In this document: positions 18,673 to 26,481 of the stretch, piece by piece
Layout of the letters: every line of letters begins with the position of its first letter
Numbering within the stretch: position 1 is the stretch's first letter
Origin: an uncultured Bacteroidales bacterium
GTDB lineage: Bacteria; Bacteroidota; Bacteroidia; Bacteroidales; P3
Direction of reading: 5' to 3'
Assembly (NCBI GenBank): GCA_905233475.1
Contig: CAJOEN010000001.1
Span: forward strand, 62,413-126,412
DNA length: 64,000 nucleotides
Translations under genes and position numbers: made by a program
Notes under the pieces: model-generated
The model's input: the letters and a program-made list of their open reading frames with translations, nothing else
Databases searched by the model: none
What the model was told of the DNA's origin: nothing

Positions 18673-19980
18673 ATGAAAAACGACACAATTCCAAGCCATT
18701 GCCACAAACATGCCCTGTTTACATTGTTTTTTGTAACTTTCGTTATGATTTGTTTTTCTGCAAAAGCACAGCTGCCACCCAAAGAACAACGCGACTCCTT
18801 ATTCCATGTCGAAATGCTGGAAAAAATGGAAAAAGCGAAAACTCCGCTGGATAGAGCAAGGCTATATTATCAGGATTTCATTTACGCGAACTACGGTATA
18901 GACTACCCATACCTCTATTCAGACGATTATTATTCTGGAGTACACCGCACACCCACTTTCCCAAACGGAGCCGACAGTGCGCTTGTCCTTCTGCGACAGC
19001 TGTACGACGAAGACGAGAACCAATTTATGTATTACCCCATCTGCCAACTCGAGCATTATTTGTGCAAACCTCACTACCCCGCCATTAAACAGCCCGACAC
19101 TACAGATTTCTATATTCCGTTGCGAAGCGGCTCCTCCGCAGACCTTGGCAAAGGTTGGCAAAGTAACTACACCCAGCATCTGCTTACAAGGGCAAATTGG
19201 GCTTTGTCGCACTGCTACTGGTACACAAAAATATTCAAGGCTGCTAACGAGCCAAGCATTTGGATTGAGAGCAAGAAAAATCCGCAATTCACTGCGTTAC
19301 GAATAACAATTAGTCATTTGCCAGGCACCAGTTTCACTATGTATAGAGTGGATATGCGCAAAGGCAAACCATACGCAATACGCAAAGAAGGGTATCATTA
19401 TTTCCACACCAATACAATGTCATATACACCGATTTTCACAGATTCAACAACCATAAGGTTGTCAAGCGGCAGATGGGAAAAAATTCAGAGTATTCTAGAA
19501 AAATTCGACACCCTTGACTGGTACAACGAGGGAATAACTATCGACGGCCACAGGAATTTCTGCGAATACGCCCACGACGGCAACTACCACAGCTACTACT
19601 CTTGCGGAGACCGCACAACTGACTCCGTAGCCAAATATCTATACAGCTTCTTTAAAAAGCCTAACACTGTTTCCGTTCGCGGTGAAGTTTGCGCAATGGC
19701 TTATGACAAAATGTTCGGGAACATCCGCAACCGCCTCGATTCGGTGGAAGTAAGAGCTAACAAAAGGTTCTCTGTCAAGTGCGTGGCCAAGACATCAACC
19801 GCAAACTTCAAAAATAACATCTTTCGTCTTGAATTGCCTGTGGGAAACTATCGTTTGTCTTTCAAATGCCCCGGATACAAGAATGAAACTATAAAGAACA
19901 TATCTATCACCGGGGACACTTTGGTGAATGTTATGATGACTCCCAAAAATCTGGAGGCCATCTCTGTAAACGACAACTAA
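18673..19980 (+). CDS. Secreted protein of unknown function with a C-terminal carboxypeptidase-regulatory-like beta-sandwich
   Basis: The start was moved to MKNDTIPSH... (hydrophobic signal then AKAQ) because the promoter box lies inside the longer ORF. The C-terminal GNYRLSFKCPGYKNETIKNISITGDT resembles the CarboxypepD_reg fold. Confidence 0.55.
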   Translation: MKNDTIPSHCHKHALFTLFFVTFVMICFSAKAQLPPKEQRDSLFHVEMLEKMEKAKTPLDRARLYYQDFIYANYGIDYPYLYSDDYYSGVHRTPTFPNGADSALVLLRQLYDEDENQFMYYPICQLEHYLCKPHYPAIKQPDTTDFYIPLRSGSSADLGKGWQSNYTQHLLTRANWALSHCYWYTKIFKAANEPSIWIESKKNPQFTALRITISHLPGTSFTMYRVDMRKGKPYAIRKEGYHYFHTNTMSYTPIFTDSTTIRLSSGRWEKIQSILEKFDTLDWYNEGITIDGHRNFCEYAHDGNYHSYYSCGDRTTDSVAKYLYSFFKKPNTVSVRGEVCAMAYDKMFGNIRNRLDSVEVRANKRFSVKCVAKTSTANFKNNIFRLELPVGNYRLSFKCPGYKNETIKNISITGDTLVNVMMTPKNLEAISVNDN

Positions 19981-20483
19981 ACTTCTTCGGCAGAAGACTC
20001 CTCTTTGGGATTTTCGCCCCATTTGTTGCTACCAACCTGAGAATCAGTACACATCCACACCAAACTGATGATGCAGATTGCAAGAGCCAACAAAAAAAAC
20101 ACTATCAACCAAAGACCTAACAAATCCTCGAACACGCCGGCAACATTTACAATCACAGTCCCTAAATACATAAACAACAACCACCAGCCGGAACGGCCTA
20201 TGTCGTGCAAACGGCGTACCATAACGGCAAGACTCGGCACCAGCACAACCAAACTGTAAATAATGTAAAGCCACAACCACGGACTGGAAAGCATAATCAA
20301 ATAAAACTCCATCACGTCGATGGATGGGTACGATAATGCGGCTTTAACCGAGGTAACCACCCACGGAATTATCAACGCAAGGCAGATAATAAAGTTTATC
20401 AATACAAAATACCAATACTCTTTTCTACGTGCACGCCCGCTGAAATCGGCGTACTGCTTGAAACATTTCAAAAACCATTTCAT
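19977..20483 (-). CDS. DUF805-family inner membrane protein
   Basis: Shows FSGRARRKEYWYFVL and VRRLHDIGRSGWW, hallmarks of DUF805 (YhaH/YhaI-like). The start was set at MKWFLKCF because the longer ORF would begin inside the promoter box. Confidence 0.75.
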   Translation of the reverse strand: MKWFLKCFKQYADFSGRARRKEYWYFVLINFIICLALIIPWVVTSVKAALSYPSIDVMEFYLIMLSSPWLWLYIIYSLVVLVPSLAVMVRRLHDIGRSGWWLLFMYLGTVIVNVAGVFEDLLGLWLIVFFLLALAICIISLVWMCTDSQVGSNKWGENPKEESSAEEV

Positions 20484-20582
20484 AACTATAATTATTTTTG
20501 TGAGGACTTCTGTTTTTTTGATTCGTGCCGTACAACCGAATTTGCCGAAGTCCGTTAAACAAATACCGATAATACGACACAG

Positions 20583-20590
20583 CAAAGTTA
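20583..20590 (-). promoter_or_regulatory. -7 promoter box (TAacTTTG on minus strand)
   Basis: Reverse complement of caaagtta, upstream of the DUF805 gene. Confidence 0.4.
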
Positions 20591-20775
20591 AGTGTTTTTT
20601 TACAATTTCAGAAAAAAATTATCAAATAATTCTACAGAAAAAAAATAATTTACTGATTAACAATATGTTATATAAGAATATTTTTTGACAGATAAAATTT
20701 CCGGGGACAAAAAAGCTTTTTTTCTTTGTTTCTTGCAATTTTTGATAATTTTACGGTCACACACCACCAAACGAA

Positions 20776-20938
20776 AAAAATCGCACCTTTGCATTTCGAT
20801 ACCTCTCGAACGTAACTACCCCCTTGGCGAGGCAAAACAAAAAATCTCCGAAATAGCGGGACAGATTCTAAATCGCAAGGAATACAGCCGCCTGCGTTTC
20901 ATCCCCGACGTGGATCCGCAGTAAAACGTGCGATTTTT
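20776..20938. repeat. Perfect 11-bp inverted repeat (aaaaatcgcac / gtgcgattttt) enclosing 141 nt
   Basis: Arms at 20776-20786 and 20928-20938, read directly; located at the left edge of the R-M island. Confidence 0.8.
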
Positions 20939-20982
20939 GACTATTTCTTGTGTATTTGCTTGAAAAACAATTGGTTGATAAT

Positions 20983-21180
20983 ATGACCCTCTATACAGAA
21001 TATGAGCTATTTACACGGGAGGTTTATCACCAATTGTCGAACTACAACAATTCAGATATCACAAACTTCAGCACAACATAAAACTAAAAGGCTGCGTGGT
21101 GTTCCATCGGCTCTGCCAACTACGAAGGCCTGCGAACCTTATAAGTGAACTCGTGGCCGCCCCGCTTCACATTTAAGCAG
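20983..21180 (+). pseudogene. Possible decayed fragment of a restriction-endonuclease-like (Mrr/NucS-type N-terminal) gene
   Basis: A 32-codon ORF (MTLYTEYELFTREVYHQLSNYNNSDITNFSTT*) continues after a -1 shift as QHNIKLKG... This resembles the FE..v.eiy..L....v.HNvKL.G block of one endonuclease family. It is truncated and interrupted. Confidence 0.3.
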
Positions 21181-21277
21181 TATTAAAAAACTTGAGGGTC
21201 AATTGTCACCAATAGCTGTTTTTTTTCCTCAGAGCAGTCGTGTGAAAGGTACCAGTTTCTGTCTTTTCTTCTCCTTA

Positions 21278-22540
21278 TTATTCAGATTCTTCAAAGTCTA
21301 TTCTGTCAATTAGGAACCTAAATGAAGAACTGCCGAAGCACATGTCAATTTCACTCTGGGAAAATCCCAGAAGGTCAAGTATACAGCAGGAAAGGAGTAT
21401 TTTTGCTTTTTGTGTTAGGCGGAAAAGTTCATCACCTCTGACGATTTTCTTTCCTTCATCTTCTTCATCTGGAATAAGGTGAGAGTATTTATGTCTTGTG
21501 TCTGCCATCATTTGGCAATCAATGTGACATTTTCTAACAGACTCCACTTTATCAAAATGATTTATCATCGCTTTTATCTCGTCTTCGTATTTCCGAATAT
21601 CTTTGCCATCCTTCTTATTCAGAAACCTTTTGTGATAGCCATCCAACGCCTGAGCGACAATTAAAAAATCTGGGGCGTCAAATTCGTCATAGTTTATTGA
21701 AGACAAAAGATAGTTGCAAATCTGAGAGATTTGCGGATAAATGCGATGCCAAGTGGTTAGAATTTCTGGTACCTTCTTTTGAAATTTATTAAAAGGAATT
21801 AGTGAAAAACTGTTTGGATTAACAGACATGTCGACTTTATAGAATAACTGACAGAATGAACTTTTGTCATCTTTTATCAACCATATATCAGTAGGCTCCT
21901 GTTTCGAGAAAAGAGCCAATGACAAGAATTGTGAATATTCTGTTATACAGTCAACAAAGAAACTCGGAGAAGACAACGTTGTTGTGGTAAATGACAGATA
22001 TGTCGATTGCGTAATACTCGTATCGTATTTGTCGTGTTTAAACTCAATATGTCTGTATATATGGAGCTTCGTTTTTTCATCTATTTGTGCATCGACAAGA
22101 ACGTGGTCTTGTTTTCGGGAATCCACAACAAAATCGTACACATCTTCTTCCAGCTCGGTTTTCTTCACTTTGGGAATAAAAGCCCAGTTCCGGAGATATG
22201 GATAACTGACGACGCATGTTTTAAACATAGCCTCGTGCCCAGTTTTGATATGCACCCCAACCAATACTGCATGAGCCTTAAAACTTGCCTGAAAGCACTT
22301 GGTTTCTTCAAGCATTTCTAATCCGAACACGGATATCTTACGTCCGTCAGCAACCTCTCCCCATACCACATCATACTTATCACATACTCGAAAAACAGCT
22401 GAGTTTCTTTGGTCATGATAAATCTCCAGTTTTGAAGAGCCATCCTTTTCAACTATTAATGTTCCCATACAGGCGACATCTTTGAATCGCCTTACTCCAT
22501 CCGGAGCCCACCATCTACCATGAAAAACTTGATTAGTCAT
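21278..22540 (-). CDS. ApeA-like HEPN-domain protein (predicted abortive-infection RNase), last gene of the type I R-M operon
   Basis: 420 aa. The N-terminus FHGRWWAPDG...CMGTLIVEKDGSSKLEIY resembles the ApeA N-terminal domain pattern (G.W.p....GtL....g..Lel). C-terminal alpha-helical region carries the Rx4H motif TRHKYSH (R349-H354, nt 21479-21496). The start lies 10 nt after the hsdS stop. Confidence 0.6.
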   Translation of the reverse strand: MTNQVFHGRWWAPDGVRRFKDVACMGTLIVEKDGSSKLEIYHDQRNSAVFRVCDKYDVVWGEVADGRKISVFGLEMLEETKCFQASFKAHAVLVGVHIKTGHEAMFKTCVVSYPYLRNWAFIPKVKKTELEEDVYDFVVDSRKQDHVLVDAQIDEKTKLHIYRHIEFKHDKYDTSITQSTYLSFTTTTLSSPSFFVDCITEYSQFLSLALFSKQEPTDIWLIKDDKSSFCQLFYKVDMSVNPNSFSLIPFNKFQKKVPEILTTWHRIYPQISQICNYLLSSINYDEFDAPDFLIVAQALDGYHKRFLNKKDGKDIRKYEDEIKAMINHFDKVESVRKCHIDCQMMADTRHKYSHLIPDEEDEGKKIVRGDELFRLTQKAKILLSCCILDLLGFSQSEIDMCFGSSSFRFLIDRIDFEESE

Positions 22541-22550
22541 ATATACATTG

Positions 22551-24041
22551 CTACGCTTTTAGTTTGTCTATTTCGTGTATTAGTTTCTCTATCTTCGCCA
22601 CAATGCGACGCTGCTCGGCGAGGGGTGGAAGGGGAAATGGTTTATTCTCTAAATATCCCACAACTATTCTCTGTTGATTAGCAGTACCTTTAAAAATCGC
22701 TTCGTCTATAAAGTACGAGGATTCTAGAAAAAACAACAAATACTTTCTATCAATGGTTTCCGAATATTGTCTTAAAACCTTTAGCTCTGTTGTCCCTGCG
22801 CCAATTCCATCAGGAAGTCCATCTAATATCATTGATTTTCTATTCTGAAAACAAGGTGTGATTTTAGCAAAAGCCACATCACCATCCGCAAAACATGTAA
22901 ACGTTTTTTTTATTTCACCCCATTTCCTGATATCATATGAGAATTGCGAACCATAACACGCTACTATTTTCTCCATTGGAATAAAAGCAGCCAATTGATC
23001 ATCTTTTGCTTCAACCTTAGGATTTATTTTGAATACATCGAACACTCTCACCCACGCCCAACTTTCTGGTATCTCGAATGGAATTTCGTCTTCGGTTATG
23101 GGTTTTACTTCCAGATCTTTTTTCTTGAGTTTGCCTTCTTTCACCAGACGTTGTTTTTCCTCGCGGATGCGTTCCAATAAGGCCGAAGCGGGTTCGTCGG
23201 CTGGGTCTTGCGGGACGAGTTTGCCTTGTATGGCTTCTTGGAGGATGCTCTTTTTGAGTTTTTCGGGCAGGGAGTTGTTCCATTCTTCGAGGGCTTCTTG
23301 TGTTTCGCCGTATTTCTCCACCAAAGGCATCAACTCCTCTATCTTTGCCACTATGCGGTGCTGCTCGGCAAGGGGGGGAAGAGGAACTGGCATCGCTTTT
23401 AGAACCTCAAATGGTGGAATATTCTTTATTGCAGAACCAGATCCCTTAAGTTTATTCTCAACAAGAAGAATATATTGAAAATACAACAGCCAATATGGTA
23501 TTATTGAATCAAGATGTAGTTTGGCTCTCATTAAGGCCTGATTGATAATGCCAATTGGAGCCTCCGACGGCAAAAGATAAGTTTCTCCAATAGTACCAGC
23601 GCAACTAACAATAATGTCACCCGGACGAACGGTAAACCCCGTCATCGCTTCATATTTCTCTTTTGAAATATAATACTCGCCCAAGGAATAATCCTTCTGA
23701 ATAGCATTTTTCTGTTCGTAAACCTTTACTGCTTCATCTGTATTTGGAACAAACATGGATTTAGTAAGACTACTGCCAAAAGGTCCTTTTTTATATTCAC
23801 CAAGCTCTCCCCATCTTACCCATTCCCACCCTTTAGGAATCTCAAAAGGAATCTCGTCTTCGGCAATGGGTTTCACCTCTAGGTCTTTCTTCTTCAGTTT
23901 GCCTTCTTTCACCAGTCTCGCCTTTTCGGCACGAATCTTTTCGAGCAGCACGGAGGCGGGCTCGTCGTTGGGGTCTTGGGGGACAAGTTTGCCTTGTATG
24001 GCCCACTGTAGTATACTGTTTTTTAGTTGTTTTCCGGTCAT
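22551..24041 (-). CDS. hsdS: Type I restriction-modification specificity subunit HsdS
   Basis: 496 aa with two target-recognition halves, each followed by the conserved PLPPLAEQ[HR]RIVAKIE helix (aa 219-243 and 469-493) and each preceded by a ~70-aa K/E-rich linker. Confidence 0.9.
   Translation of the reverse strand: MTGKQLKNSILQWAIQGKLVPQDPNDEPASVLLEKIRAEKARLVKEGKLKKKDLEVKPIAEDEIPFEIPKGWEWVRWGELGEYKKGPFGSSLTKSMFVPNTDEAVKVYEQKNAIQKDYSLGEYYISKEKYEAMTGFTVRPGDIIVSCAGTIGETYLLPSEAPIGIINQALMRAKLHLDSIIPYWLLYFQYILLVENKLKGSGSAIKNIPPFEVLKAMPVPLPPLAEQHRIVAKIEELMPLVEKYGETQEALEEWNNSLPEKLKKSILQEAIQGKLVPQDPADEPASALLERIREEKQRLVKEGKLKKKDLEVKPITEDEIPFEIPESWAWVRVFDVFKINPKVEAKDDQLAAFIPMEKIVACYGSQFSYDIRKWGEIKKTFTCFADGDVAFAKITPCFQNRKSMILDGLPDGIGAGTTELKVLRQYSETIDRKYLLFFLESSYFIDEAIFKGTANQQRIVVGYLENKPFPLPPLAEQRRIVAKIEKLIHEIDKLKA
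23046..23255 (-). repeat. Intragenic direct repeat copy 2 in hsdS (encodes aa 263-332)
   Basis: Encodes KSILQEAIQGKLVPQDPADEPASALLERIREEKQRLVKEGKLKKKDLEVKPITEDEIPFEIPESWAWVR. About three quarters of nucleotides match copy 1 by eye; the longest exact runs are about 17-20 nt. Confidence 0.85.
23814..24023 (-). repeat. Intragenic direct repeat copy 1 in hsdS (encodes aa 7-76)
   Basis: Encodes KNSILQWAIQGKLVPQDPNDEPASVLLEKIRAEKARLVKEGKLKKKDLEVKPIAEDEIPFEIPKGWEWVR. Confidence 0.85.
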
Positions 24042-24044
24042 TGT

Positions 24045-24920
24045 TTAATCCTCCTGCTCGTAATAGTATGAATAGTCAATGCCTTTCATAAAGATTTCGC
24101 GGTCGTCAATCTTGTCAGTCAACGCTCCTTTGAGCAGTTCTCGGATGCGGCTGCTGTCGGTATGGCTGGCTATCATCGCATCGAGGTAGTCTTTCTTGTC
24201 TATCCGGCTCCAATCCACACACACCTTCATCCGTTTCTTGAATATCAAGTCGAGCCAGATGCGTGTCGAGCGGCCGTTGCCCTCCATGAAAGGATGGGCG
24301 GCGTTCATCTCCACATATTTGTCCACAATTTCATCGAATGTCGTTTCCGGCATCGCCTCGACTGTTTTCAGATAGCTGTGCAGATGCTCCGCCAGACAAA
24401 ACAGCGTGTTGCCCTTGGCTATCGTCTTTGTGCGTATCTTGCCGGCAAAGTCGTAAAGGCCGCCGAACAGATAGGCGTGAATCTGCTGCAACGACTTCAC
24501 TTTTCCCACATCATTACTGGCCACAAGGTTGCTTTCCCAGAGGGTGTAGGCTTTCTTGCGGCTCTGCCCGTCGATAGTGTTGTCGCTGTAGGTAAACCAG
24601 TCGAGGAATGCACTTGCTCGGTTGTTTGGATAGTGTTTCGCCAATGTCTGCACACATTCGGTGTCCAGTGCATCGGCAGCATGGCGTTTGCCGTCGGGGG
24701 CAACAAATTTGAACTGGTTAGTGACACTAACCAGTTGGATACCGTCTTTGGCCATCTTGCCCTTCAAGTATTTCCAATAGTTGCGGGATTTAGCATAGTC
24801 CTCTTCATCGTTGATGGCCTGCACAATATCGGTTGCCGAGAACCACCACTTGCTATTTTCCTCGTCCCATACGGCTCGCACCTTATGGTCTTTATAAAAA
24901 CGGATAGATGTCTTGCTCAT
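24045..24920 (-). CDS. Bro-N-like DNA-binding domain fused to a Fic/DOC domain protein
   Basis: 291 aa. The N-terminus IRFYKDHKVRAVWDEENSKWWFSATDIVQAI fits the Bro-N/KilA-N-like pattern. Canonical Fic motif HPFMEGNGRSTR at aa 209-220 (nt 24261-24296). The start overlaps the hsdM stop (ATGA at 24917-24920). Confidence 0.85.
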   Translation of the reverse strand: MSKTSIRFYKDHKVRAVWDEENSKWWFSATDIVQAINDEEDYAKSRNYWKYLKGKMAKDGIQLVSVTNQFKFVAPDGKRHAADALDTECVQTLAKHYPNNRASAFLDWFTYSDNTIDGQSRKKAYTLWESNLVASNDVGKVKSLQQIHAYLFGGLYDFAGKIRTKTIAKGNTLFCLAEHLHSYLKTVEAMPETTFDEIVDKYVEMNAAHPFMEGNGRSTRIWLDLIFKKRMKVCVDWSRIDKKDYLDAMIASHTDSSRIRELLKGALTDKIDDREIFMKGIDYSYYYEQED

Positions 24921-26443
24921 AGCGCCTCCCCGTTTATTTCAATTCCCAATATCCGCTCTATCTCGGCCAACGTGCGGTCAATCTCGTGGTCGAGGGCGGC
25001 GCGTTTCTTATAGTAGTCGGCCAGTAGCTCGGCAGGCGGCAGGATTTCTTCCTCGTCCTTGGGGAACTTGCACTGGTCGAAGTTGCAGTCCATATCGAGC
25101 AGCTGCTGAGCGGTGAAGCAGCGCGACTTTTCGTCTGTGATATTACCGTCATTGTCTTTTGTGAAGATTTCCTTGCGGTCGGTCCACCAGTCGCGGATAG
25201 GCTGACAGTGCTCCACGCGCATAGGTTTGGTCTTGCTGAAATGCTTGTAGCCTTCGGGCATGTCCAAACGATAGAACCAAGTTTTGTTGGTGCTGAATCC
25301 CTCTTGCGCGCCCTCGGCTTTCTCGTTGTTGAAGAAAAGTATATTGGTGGCAATGCTGGTGTAGGGCGAGAAGATGCTGCCGGGCAAACGGATGATGGTG
25401 TGCAGGTTGAACTCACGCAAGAGTTTTTCCTTGATGGCCAGCTTGGCGTTGTCAGTGCCAAACAGGAATCCGTCGGGCAGGATAACTGCAGCGCGACCTT
25501 TCCTGGCCAGACGATACATGATGACCACCATAAAAAGGTCGGCGGTTTCGCTCGAGGCGAGGTCGGCCGGGAAATGGCGTTTCACCTCGTTTTTCTCGTT
25601 GCCGCCGTAGGGGGGATTCATCAGGATGACGTCAAACTTGTCATCGTCGGTATAGTTCAGCACATCCTTGGTGAGCGAGTTGTCGTGCATCACCTTGGGC
25701 GAATCGATGTCGTGCAGCAGCATATTGGTAACGCACAACATGTAGGGAAACTGCTTCTTTTCTATGCCGAATATAGAGCGGGCGTAGGCTTCGCGGTCCT
25801 CGGCTGTCTTCACTTTCTTGTCGAGCTCTTTCAGCCACGAGGTGATGAAACCGCCCGTGCCACAGGCAAAGTCGGCCATCGTCTCGCCAATCTGTGGATT
25901 GACAATCTCGGCCATGAAATCGGTAAGGGCACGAGGAGTGTAGAACTCACCAGCCGAGCCGGCAGACTGCATCTCTTTAAGAATCGATTCGTAAATCTCG
26001 CCGAAAGCATGACTTTCTTCGTAGTTACTCAAATCCAATTCATCAATCACATTCAGCACCTGACGGAGCAAAACACCGTCTTTCATATATTGGTTGGCAT
26101 CCTGGAAGGTGGCACGCACTATGGCGCTTCGCATCGGAGTATTAGGGTTAACCTCAAGATTTTTCAACGTGGGGAATAGCGTGTTGTTGACGAAATCAAG
26201 CAGTTTGTCGGCTGTCAGCGCTTTTCCGTCGCCGCTGTCCTTAGCCCAATTGCGCCAGCGGCAGTTTTCAGGGATGAAAGATACATAGTTGTCCTCGTTG
26301 AATTCCCAGTCGTTCTCTTTCTCGTCGTAAACTTTCAAAAACAGCATCCAAGTAATCTGCTCAATGCGCTGGGCGTCGCCGTTGATGCCCGCATCGTTGC
26401 GCATTATGTTGCGGATGCTTTTTACAAAATTTGTAAGAGCCAT
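24917..26443 (-). CDS. hsdM: Type I restriction-modification N6-adenine DNA methyltransferase subunit HsdM
   Basis: 508 aa with an HsdM_N block (GDAQRIEQITWMLFLK), SAM-binding DFACGTGGF and catalytic NPPYGG. Confidence 0.9.
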   Translation of the reverse strand: MALTNFVKSIRNIMRNDAGINGDAQRIEQITWMLFLKVYDEKENDWEFNEDNYVSFIPENCRWRNWAKDSGDGKALTADKLLDFVNNTLFPTLKNLEVNPNTPMRSAIVRATFQDANQYMKDGVLLRQVLNVIDELDLSNYEESHAFGEIYESILKEMQSAGSAGEFYTPRALTDFMAEIVNPQIGETMADFACGTGGFITSWLKELDKKVKTAEDREAYARSIFGIEKKQFPYMLCVTNMLLHDIDSPKVMHDNSLTKDVLNYTDDDKFDVILMNPPYGGNEKNEVKRHFPADLASSETADLFMVVIMYRLARKGRAAVILPDGFLFGTDNAKLAIKEKLLREFNLHTIIRLPGSIFSPYTSIATNILFFNNEKAEGAQEGFSTNKTWFYRLDMPEGYKHFSKTKPMRVEHCQPIRDWWTDRKEIFTKDNDGNITDEKSRCFTAQQLLDMDCNFDQCKFPKDEEEILPPAELLADYYKKRAALDHEIDRTLAEIERILGIEINGEAL

Positions 26444-26481
26444 AGGTAATTGAACAATGATAGTTTATTATAAAAGGTTGT

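Noticed and set aside
20840-20900. SRP (4.5S) RNA-like string cgcaaggaatacagccgcc
   Set aside because: It is only a loose resemblance to GGAAGCAGCC. The conserved GGUCAGGUCC partner strand and the GGAA tetraloop context are missing.
20685-20924. 79-aa plus-strand ORF in the island border
   Set aside because: It starts with a non-ATG codon in an AT-rich spacer, has no promoter box in front, runs through the inverted-repeat unit and has low-complexity composition. It is probably not coding.
20776-20938. Retron-like msr/msd (a1/a2-type inverted repeats flanking ~140 nt)
   Set aside because: No reverse transcriptase gene lies downstream or anywhere in the window, and I could not identify a conserved branching-G context. 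I kept it only as an inverted-repeat observation.
22551-24041. Phase-variable hsdS shufflon
   Set aside because: The internal repeats are direct rather than inverted, they are substantially diverged, there is no second or silent hsdS copy, and there is no invertase or recombinase gene nearby.
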